From Schmidtea polychroa (Eukaryota), in NCBI GenBank assembly GCA_044892525.1, contig CM097887.1:1302001-1366000 (forward strand): DNA of 64,000 bases, in the 5' to 3' direction. The notes beneath the pieces were generated by a model. The model ran no database searches, was not told where the DNA came from, and saw only the letters and a list, made by a program, of their open reading frames with translations. The translations under genes were made by a program, and so were the position numbers. The first letter of the stretch is position 1; every line of letters starts with the position of its first letter. Below, in pieces: positions 54,701 to 64,000 of the stretch.

Positions 54701-54871
54701 CAGACAAAATGTCGATTTTGCTTTCCTTTTTTTTAAATTGAACATTTCGGAGTGCAAAGTGTGAGTAGTGACTAGTCTGTATTCATAAAATACTTAGTTT
54801 ACACGAGAATTACTGGCCCCTTTAATGAGAGTCTGGGCCCCCCCGTCAAAAGGTGTCACGGTACGGGGCTG
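51710..54871 (+). mobile_element. hAT DNA transposon carrying an intact transposase ORF
   Basis: Right end ...GTACGGGGCTG is hAT-like. An 8-bp direct repeat CAGTAAGT at 51702-51709 and 54872-54879 is a candidate TSD. The left terminus (AAGCCCC) matches only imperfectly, so that boundary is tentative. Confidence 0.7.
52125..54521 (+). CDS. hAT transposase (ZMYM1-like: TTF-type zinc finger, DUF4371-like core, hATC dimerisation domain), 798 aa
   Basis: Uninterrupted ORF with LEYSIEKDAVFCFCC, KHESSAGH, catalytic D (LKVDGTKD), D (QCYDGAAVMSG), CxxH (HCFNH), RW (EHRWTGH) and E (ATCEATFS). Confidence 0.92.
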   Translation: MSTQKSIMNFFQVIPKNSVTSVTSSSDSISATMSSTCASPSSVPAISCIRDSAVMSSSSCAPAKTLSSTKCDLGEEMPRQPTDVNFPKTSFGSRERSFSSVWYNGRPYLEYSIEKDAVFCFCCRKFSLPGSAGESAFRTGGFRNWKSALEKGKGFQKHESSAGHIHAMERWKEKQLRCEKGEEVCTLINETQLKNNRYYVNEIVDVVKFLVTNELAFRGDSFSRDDIDEDDKLPCGLFLRLFEYTVKKNPELARIIKTIPKIATYTSPRIQNEIIALMASIVQESIVKKCKSADVEYFTLKVDGTKDRTGTENVSIAIRFVSAGQPQEHLICISRTIALNAEAFTDVILTTLKEAQLDPKNIISQCYDGAAVMSGQHGGVQALLQERLQKEIPYVHCFNHKLHLVVVCAVSECQKLRDFFDICRNLYTFLSYPKVAAIYQGDKLTRLMEHRWTGHLQTTQAITTNYDTIVNLLEMCSSRHSHFSIDIQLEATGLLHRVNEVEFQFIAHMVLSLLTILETANNSLQGQAMDLSSACDVMDAVIERIRSLRNEEEFQVLFGKFEGQMDMERTLKRRRTQMNSKLDNFIVFGSVGQPEHQALPIRCAYRQMYYEVVDRTLQELTKRFGVTNRSLYKSLACLKTDHANFLNIEDLKTLATLCGVDLSETQYEFETAKVFLLKRASTVTNVHQLVQELYSYRDAFPSVYRLAASALTIGASTATCEATFSTLSRVLTPFRTSMSHSRKANLVLLSFESDISNNIKSDEFLRRFHEMKNRRLQLFSVMSISHTRNFFFLDLVPV

Positions 54872-56240
54872 CAGTAAGTGCTGACAGGATTTGCTGTTGG
54901 TCTCTCCGCAGGTCTGATCCTGTATTGGGACTCCTAGTCTTAATCTGTTGAAATCCCCACATAAACCCCTAACAAATCATCATTATAAAATCGCGTAACC
55001 GAACTTAATCTATACAGAAGTATGAGGAATAAGAATTGATCACATATCATCACCCAAGCAATGATTTGATGCCTTCAATGAGCCCAAAATCTCATATAGC
55101 AAACTGAAACTCAACTGAGCATAAAAGCCGCCTGATGTCAAATAAGAAAACCATTGATAGGAGTGATATGGTTGTTTAGAGTGGTGCAAAAAGAAATTGA
55201 AATACAGAGAGAATTGATATAAATCGATAAAATGGGCAAAATTTATTAAAATTTATAATGATTGGAATATTGTGGGAGAATCTGTGTGAATGAGAAATAA
55301 TGAGACAAATACGAATACAATTAATATAAAATCAATTGGTGATATGCGAGCTATTTGGAAACCCCAAGCGATAAATGAGAAAAATAATGAAAATCAATAA
55401 TGGGATTTGATTTCCTTACAATCAAATTAGCTCAACAAAGCCTTTGGATATAAAGGTGATAAATTTTGTTTGGTTTATAAAAGACATTGATGGACAATTG
55501 CCATTTGGTTGAAGGTAAAATTCGGATGAGATTTATTCAAAAAATAGTCAAAGAGAAAAGCGTCTACCTTATCACGTTCTATTTGACGATATTGCTAGAG
55601 ATGACGGTGATGTATAATGATTAGTGTCATAGTTCTAATATAACCAGAGAGCACGCGGAGTCAGATTGTGGAACCGAATTGACAATAATAACCCAATAGA
55701 AGGTAAAATGGAAAATAAAGGAGTGATTAAAGGTTTTTACCTTTGCGGTAACCGTTCGGTACAAGCTTGAGCCATCATTTGGCCCTTTCCTTGCCTGCTG
55801 CGTACGCCATGCACCGAGGCGTGATTCCAGCACATAAAGCATGAAGGAATCCAGTAAAGGAGAGCGCGGTGATGCCAAGCACGACGGGAAGCGATCGAGA
55901 GCAATAATGGCAATGAAGGACGAGCAATTTGCATTAATCGTGGAGATAAAATATCACCAGAAGCACGAAATGCAATCATTATCAATCAGCGCAACCATAG
56001 CAACGCAGCTCAGAGTTCAATGGAGAATTAGCAGCCATCTGATTGGCCATCATATAGAGCAACCTGGTAACCATTAGTAACTCACCTATGAAATGAACCA
56101 ATGAAAATGCTTGCCTACTGATTGCTAGGCAACAAACAATTGATCAAACAAAATTAATCTATTTATTGAATAATTGCGATGAGAAATCACAAAACATACA
56201 AATCAATATATCGATATAAGGCACATCAGCATCAGCCTCA

Positions 56241-59200
56241 TCATTTATCCTCACTGGCAACCCGGCGGATCTTCTCATAGCCCTCGGTGATTGGCTCATC
56301 CGGCAGCTTATGCAGGTCATCATTCCTGATAATTGTGTTGCCATCGAGATCAACTGACAGATTGGAGGCGCCGAATTCAGCACTGAGCGTGGCAGCAGAT
56401 GATTCGAATGGTTTAGCAGTGAGCAACTGGCTGGCTTGGTCCAGCTGCACAACATCTAACTGGCGCAGCAATGTTATCGCCTCCGTTAGATCAACATATA
56501 AATTGGCCGATGCATTCCTGAATGTTCCCTCGCAATTTGCAATGGCCCACTGACGCACCTGGGCCTCGAGTTCCCGCTGTGAGATGCCGCCGCCGCTGCC
56601 TGCATATTGATGATGTCAATGGCCAATCAATGATCAATATATATATATATATATGGTTGTGTGTGTGTGAGGCAGCGGGGGGGGGGCACAATCACTCATT
56701 TATAGTGAAAGATATCAATGCGATCATTTCATCCATGCAATTGCACACACACAGAGCATCCATGCAATTGCACACACACAGAGCATCCATGCAATTGCAC
56801 ACACACACAGAGCATCCATGCATTTGCACACACACACCGAGCATCCATGCAATTGCACACACACACCGAGCATCCATGCAATTGCACACACACACAGAGC
56901 ATCCATGCAATTGCACACACACACAGAGCATCCATGCAATTGCACGCACACACACACAGAGCATCCATGCAATTGCACACACACACACAGAGCATCCATG
57001 CAATTGCACACACACAGAGCATCCATGCAATTGCACGCACACACACACAGATCATCCATGCCATTGCACACACACACACAGAGCATCCATGCAATTGCAC
57101 ACACACACAGAGCATCCATGCAATTGCACACACACACCGAGCATCCATGCAATTGCACACACACACCGAGCATCCATGCAATTGCACACACACCGAGCAT
57201 CCATGCAATTGCACACACACAGAGTACCATGCAATTGCACACACACACAGATCATCCATGCAATTGCACACACACACCGAGCATCCATGCAATTGCACAC
57301 ACACCGAGCATCCATGCAATTGCACACACACAGAGTACCATGCAATTGCACACACACACAGATCATCCATGCAATTGCACACACACACCGAGCATCCATG
57401 CAATTGCACACACACCGAGCATCCATGCAATTGCACACACACAGAGCATCCATGCAATTGCACACACACACCGAGCATCCATGCAATTGCACACACACCG
57501 AGCATCCATGCAATTGCACACACACAGAGCATCCATGCAATTGCACACACACACAGATCATCCATGCAATTGCACACACACACCGAGCATCCATGCAATT
57601 GCACACACACAGAGCATCCATGCAATTGCACACACACAGAGCATCCATGCAATTGCACACACACAGAGCATCCATGCAATTGCACACACACCGAGCATCC
57701 ATGCAATTGCACACACACACCGAGCATCCATTTAATTGCACACACACCGAGCATCCATGCAATTGCACACACACAGAGTACCATGCAATTGCACACACAC
57801 AGAGCATCCATGCAATTGCACACACACAGAGCATCCATGCAATTGCACACACACACACACCGAGCATCCATGCAATTGCACACACACACAGAGCATCCAT
57901 GCAATTGCACACACACCGAGCATCCATGCAATTGCACACACACACAGAGCATCCATGCAATTGCACACACACAGAGCATCCATGCAATTGCACACACACA
58001 GAGCATCCATGCAATTGCACACACACACAGATCATCCATGCAATTGCACACACACACCGAGCATCCATGCAATTGCACACACACCGAGCATCCATGCAAT
58101 TGCACACACACAGAGCATCCATGCAATTGCACACACACACACAGATCATCCATGCAATTGCACACACACACCGAGCATCCATGCAATTGCACACACACAG
58201 AGTACCATGCAATTGCACACACACAGAGCATCCATGCAATTGCACACACACAGAGCATCCATGCAATTGCACACACACACACACCGAGCATCCATGCAAT
58301 TGCACACACACACAGAGCATCCATGCAATTGCACACACACCGAGCATCCATGCAATTGCACACACACACAGAGCATCCATGCAATTGCACACACACAGAG
58401 CATCCATGCAATTGCACACACACAGAGCATCCATGCAATTGCACACACACACAGATCATCCATGCAATTGCACACACACACCGAGCATCCATGCAATTGC
58501 ACACACACCGAGCATCCATGCAATTGCACACACACAGAGCATCCATGCAATTGCACACACACAGAGCATCCATGCAATTGCACACACACACCGAGCATCC
58601 ATGCAATTGCACACACAGAGCATCCATGCAATTGCACACACACAGATCATCCATGCAATTGCACACACACACCGAGCATCCATGCAATTGCACACACACA
58701 CCGAGCATCCATGCAATTGCACACACACAGAGCATCCATGCAATTGCACACACACAGAGCATCCATGCAATTGCACACACACACACCGAGCATCCATGCA
58801 ATTGCACACACACACAGATCATCCATGCAATTGCACACACACACAGAGCATCCATGCAATTGCACACACACAGAGCATCCATGCAATTGCACACACACAG
58901 AGCATCCATGCAATTGCACACACACAGAGCATCCATGCAATTGCACACACACAGATCATCCATGCCATTGCACACACACACAGAGCATCCATGCAATTGC
59001 ACACACACACCGAGCATCCATGCAATTGCACACACACACAGAGCATCCATGCAATTGCACACACACACAGAGCATCCATGCAATTGCACACACACACAGA
59101 GCATCCATGCAATTGCACACACACACAGAGCATCCATGCAATTGCACACACAGAGCATCCATGCAATTGCACACACACACAGAGCATCCATGCAATTGCA

Positions 59201-61494
59201 CACACACACAGAGCATCCATGCAATTGCACACACACACAGAGCATCCATGCAATTGCACACACACAGCATATTATCGATTAATTCCAATTCTCCTTGGAT
59301 TCACAGATAGAAATTATCCATCAGCTATGCCGGTTGCGCAGTGCCAGAAATATAATCAATAATGTAAATATTAATAATTGATCAGTAGTTACCACCAGGC
59401 TGAGCGAGGACGTGAACATATGCCAGCAGAGACTCCTTGAATATCTCATCTTGCACACGATCGGCTAGCACACTGATCACACCTCGATTATTGGCAATTA
59501 TCGATCGGTAATTCAGGTCTGATCGCCACTTCCAATAGCTTGTTTTCTTGCTCTGGATCTGCATGCGAATATCAATCAATCAATATCGAGATAATGATGG
59601 CAATCAATTATAGATTATACAATGCTCTTTCATTATTTTAGGTTCGGATGTCTCATGCTGCTATTGGCTAGCAATAAAAATACAACGCAAGTGCAACAAT
59701 TAAAGGGAGACAGAAAGGCAATGAGAAAGCAAGTGAAAGGCAATGAGAAAGCAACAGAAATGCAATGAGAAAGCAAGAGAAAGGCAATGAGAAAGCAACA
59801 GAAAGGCAATGAGAAAGCAACAGAAATTCAATCAGAAAGCAACAGAAATGCAATGAGAAAGCAACAGAAAATGCAATGAGAAAGCAACAGAAAATGCAAT
59901 GAGAGAGCATCAGAAATGCAATGAGAGAGCATCAGAAATGCAATGAGAAAGCAACAGAAATGCAATGAGAGAGCATCAGAAATGCAATGAGAGAGCATCA
60001 GAAATGCAATGAGAAAGCAACAGAAATGCAATGAGAAAGCAGCATGAATGCAATGAGAGAGCATCAGAAATGCAATGAGAGAGCATCAGAAATGCAATGA
60101 GAGAGCATCAGAAATGCAATGAGAAAGCAACAGAAATGCAATGAGAAAGCAGCATGAATGCAATGAGAGAGCATCAGAAATGCAATGAGAGAGCATCAGA
60201 AATGCAATGAGAAAGCAACAGAAATGCAATGAGAGAGCATCAGAAATGCAAATAGGAAATGAAACTAACAACATTCCAATGGAACAGGCCGACAGCTGCA
60301 GAGAGCATTGCCAATGATGTGGCTAGGTGATGAGTGGAATTGAGCAAGCCTGATTCCAGTGCTGGCATGGGCAGCACCGAGTGAACGAGCCAACCTGATG
60401 CAAGCAGGACACCAGTCCAGAATAGGATAGAGTTATCAGTGGCCGAGTGCTTCATCATGACCTGTGGGATCGTGTGGATCAGCTGGCCCTCACTCAGCTC
60501 CTTGAACATCTTCAGCTCGATCTTATTGGCGTTGTGTAGGCGGGTGGCCACGACAACCCTCCTGAATGAGAGGGAGGGGAGAGAGATAATGATGTGTGTG
60601 CGTGTGTGTGTCATATGCAATACTTGTATGTGTGCCCCACGCGGAACGGGTTGACCCTGCCGCCAAGCGCAGCCCGTATCCCTAGGCCCAGCCGCAACCC
60701 CAGCCCATCCAGCAGCCCCCGCATCCTCCCCGCAACCCGCACATCCTCCCTGCCAAGGATCCACACCTTCAGCAACTCATATTGAGCACCATCAACCCAG
60801 ACCTGCAATATAGAACCGCCAATCAATCACAATATCATCATCACCAATCAATCACCTGGAGCGTGTTGAATCCACCCTCGCAATGGAGCAATTTCCCGAG
60901 CTCGGTGCGATTCAATTCACTGAAGTTCCCCAGCTCCATCATCCTAGACAGTTTCTGTACCAGCCAGAACTCCTCATCGAGCACCTGCCGGCGAGCAAGA
61001 GCTTGCTTCACTCCTCCTGAAGCCACTTCAACATCAGGATTCAAATGCTCATAGCTTGCCTATCATTATCACACAAATATTCCCCATCAGTTCTTTGCCT
61101 CATTTCATCAATTAAGCTTTACTTGGACTTCTTTCAGGAAGAAATGATTGCGATTGTAAATGCATGCTTCAAGGTACTTGTTGAACTCCTCAAATACTGT
61201 CAAATTGCTCGAGCCGACCAAATCCGGATTCTGGGAGAGCTTCCTAATGACTGTGGAACGAGCTAAAGGGATAAACTGTTCCCTAGTAGAATGAATATAT
61301 TAATAGGCATTCCACACAAACTGACTGTCACACTTGATACGAGCAACATTATCTGACGGTGAAATTCTAATCACACCGAAATCCAGAGATTTAACTTTAT
61401 TGAAATTCGACGAACGCAATTGAATAAATTTTACTAAATCTGACAGTCGATTAGCTTTTGTCAACATTGCTGTGAGCTGTTTCAGTCGTTCCAT
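56241..61494 (-). CDS. TMEM143: Transmembrane protein 143 (DUF3754 family), 7 exons, ~505 aa
   Basis: Exons 61494-61334, 61282-61123, 61059-60856, 60802-60624, 60561-60273, 59558-59393 and 56599-56241 join in frame. The ordered motifs EQFIPLAR, YEHLNPD, GNFSEL, QYELLKVWILG, YKRVVVATR..LKMFKE, two hydrophobic helices and YRSIIANN...RVQDEIFKESLLAY match TMEM143 as recalled. Confidence 0.85.
56730..59265. repeat. ~2.5-kb intronic satellite, unit GAGCATCCATGCAATTG(CA)n, ~25-31 bp, roughly 95 units
   Basis: Directly visible; fills most of TMEM143 intron 6 (59392-56600). Confidence 0.97.
59700..60250. repeat. 22-bp intronic satellite (GAAATGCAATGAGA[A/G]AGCA[A/T]CA) x ~25
   Basis: Directly visible; inside TMEM143 intron 5. 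Confidence 0.95.
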
Positions 61495-61829
61495 TTTACT
61501 ATTGCAATTTATTATATTAAAGCTAAATTTTAGTCAATTTCCTAGACAATTAATAATTTTACTAAACAAAATAACTTTTTTTTATTTAAGTCTTAAAATT
61601 TAAATTTAAAAATAATTACATTCAAATATATCCCTATTTATTGAGCATATTAAAACAGTTAAAAATATATTCTATTTCCTTTTTCATATTTTAAGAAAAT
61701 TTTTATTAAATTATTTTACTTATTCCTATTATCTAAAACAACTATTCATTGACGTTTCATAAATTTCCTGATAAATCACATTATTTTAATGTTACTATTT
61801 TTTTAATATAATTTATCTATGATATAATT

Positions 61830-63100
61830 CGTTTAGTTTTGACAGCGGTGGTACACCCATTCAAATTAAGAACAAATTTCCATGATATCCTATCCATATA
61901 AATATATTGTGAGGAATTATAACTGTTGAGACATGTTAAGGGATTGATCTTAAATTTCGTTATTATGACTATCATTAGGGTTTGCCACGTTGGAAAAATA
62001 AATATTTGAATAATTTCTGAGCTCCAACGGAAATAGATAACCATAAAAAATACTTCAACCAAATTTAGCATTAAAGTATTAAATTAAATAACATAATTTA
62101 GTTAGAATTCCTTGTCTTATTTTTGCAATACAGGATAATGTCTTCTAAATTTTCTAAACACAAAGGATCATCGAAGTCAGTCTTTGCTTTTACAGCATGT
62201 TTCATAAACATTTATTCTCACAATTAATAATTTTGTCGGCCCTTTGTCCTGTTGGGTTTGTTAACTATGATCAATTTTGCCATTATCCCTCGTTTCATTG
62301 ACTCTATTAGAAGCACATCTTCTAAATTATTTTTTAAATCCGGCTCAAAAGTTAACGTATTAATTCCAAATATTTATTTAATAATACATTGTATAATTTT
62401 AAACAAATTTTCAACCTAGAATAAAATATTTTCAAAACCATTTATTAAAATTTCGATATTTAAAACATATATTTAAAAATTATTTACTAATAAAACTTTA
62501 AAGTATTTTTTTTATCTTTTTATATCTTTAAAGTGTTCTTTCCTCTTTGAAATCGTTCCATCTCCATTATTGTCTTCCCAAATTTGGCTTCAATACTGCA
62601 TATGTGCTATAGCTTCGTTTTCTCGACCTCTTCTACTTTCTATTTTAGTTTTATACCAAATTGTTTTATACAACCAATTACCTCTGGAGTCATATATCTT
62701 ACTATCGTAAACTTTACCCTTCTTTTCCTGCCATTTATTTCTATTTCTAATATTGCTTTACCTTTTGTTTCTACAACACTATTATTTGCACATGTCAATG
62801 TATTAGTCATTGTTGTTAGTCTTACATCTTTAAGTTTCTCAAATTTGCTCCAACTCATGACATTTACTGTAGCTCTTCTATCGAGCAAGCATTCCATATT
62901 CTGGTCTTGTATTCTAATAGTTACACTTGGTCGGCCTTGCATTTTATCATGACTAATAATATCATTTTTCCATTCATCTAATGTGAGTATTTGTATTTTT
63001 CTCTTTCTATTTCTGCAAAATCCTTTGTTATGAATCTGTTCACTTTCTTTATTACATTATTTTCCTCTTTCGTAACCTCTGTATCTTTCACATATTTTTC
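61830..63100 (-). pseudogene. Ty3/Gypsy gag-pol remnant (retropepsin and RT traces)
   Basis: MQGRPSVTIRIQDQNMECLLDRRATVNVMS (degenerate D-T/S-G-A protease motif) and TCANNSVVETKG; weak RT traces downstream; many stops. Confidence 0.65.
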
Positions 63101-64000
63101 TACAATACATGATATTTTACTTTTATTATAATAATTAATAATTTGGGAGTCAGCATCGCTGTTTAATACCCCGACTACCTCATCTTCTATCGGGGCGTTG
63201 ATATTTGGGTATACTCTGTATTTATCTTCTATTCTTTAATCCCTTGCTTCGTCTATGGATGCTACGTATCTCCTGGTGTTCCTTTAGTGTCACTTAGAAC
63301 AATTCTCACTGCAAAGTATTTTCGGCTGCACAGTGTACCAGCAGATATTCTGTTAAACTTTCCTTGTTTAGCTCATGCCCCAATATTTTATCGACTAACT
63401 CGCCTATGAAATATTTTCAAAATCATTTATTAAAATTTCGATATTTAAAATACATTTATTTAAAAATTATTTATTAATAAAACTTCTTTATATAAAATTT
63501 ATCTTTAACAAAATCTTTTCAATTTAAAAATTATTTAAAAAATTATTTAAAAAATTATTTTAATAGTCCATTATTTATCATTTAAAATTATCTTAACAAA
63601 TCATTGAAATATTTAATTCTCAGCGAAAACACCTCACAGACTCTAACTTAGGGATTATTCTTATGGACATTTTTATATCGTTGTCTTTGACCACAGCTCA
63701 TTAATACAACAGCTTCATATTGTTTATTTACCTGTTATCACTTGTTCTCAATAGTTATTTTCTCTAAGACCTTATTTAGATCTTGACGTAATGGCTCTTC
63801 ACTTACACAGGCTTGAACCACATAGCCTTCATTTTTATTTAGAATTTGTTAACAACTTTAATCAGCTCGATGTATTACTTACTGACATATTCCATTTCTA
63901 GCCTACCATTTCAGGGACAGCTATCATTTGCTGCCCCCCTTCACGTTATGTTCCTCTGCTTCATTTTAACTCGACAATAATTTTGTATTACTGGTATAAA

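Noticed and set aside
55553-55702. CENP-X/histone-fold resemblance of the candidate micro-exon peptide
   Set aside because: Similarity is limited to a few residues and the conserved C-terminal LPQLLLDF-type motif is absent.
48418-56252. 15-nt identity TCATCATTTATCCTC giving two ORFs ending in EDK*
   Set aside because: No similarity beyond the short match; plausible by chance in AT-rich DNA.
56730-59265. CRISPR-like look (constant repeat plus variable spacer)
   Set aside because: The variable part is only (CA)n, there are no unique spacers and no cas genes, and the context is eukaryotic.
56522-59362. Very long His/Cys-rich ORFs (up to 946 aa) on both strands
   Set aside because: They are translations of a stop-poor satellite lying inside a TMEM143 intron whose flanking exons splice in frame. 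Unit lengths vary by 2 bp and shift frames freely.

Overview
Eukaryotic, very AT-rich, intron-containing animal DNA: GW182/TNRC6 is an animal miRNA-pathway gene, and the short 41-60 nt GT-AG introns suggest a compact-gene invertebrate, possibly a parasite, but the taxon cannot be fixed from sequence alone. There are two assembly gaps. I could hand-splice seven host genes: UQCC1, a PCIF1/CAPAM-like m6A methyltransferase, a secreted Cys-ladder protein, TNRC6/GW182, BTAF1/Mot1, a 75-aa single-LIM protein absent from the ORF track, and TMEM143. Intergenic DNA is packed with transposon material: one intact-ORF hAT, decayed hAT/Gypsy/Penelope pieces, three copies of a TG..CA solo-LTR-like element and several MITEs, one nested in another. 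The most striking unexplained pattern is that the longer host genes start AT-rich and switch to about 50-70% GC several hundred bp downstream, in GW182 and PCIF1 inside a single exon. The GC-rich gene bodies carry expanded intronic minisatellites and sense-strand ATTGG and (TG)n motifs. All GC values are hand counts of individual 60-nt lines, and all homology calls are from motif recognition, not database searches.
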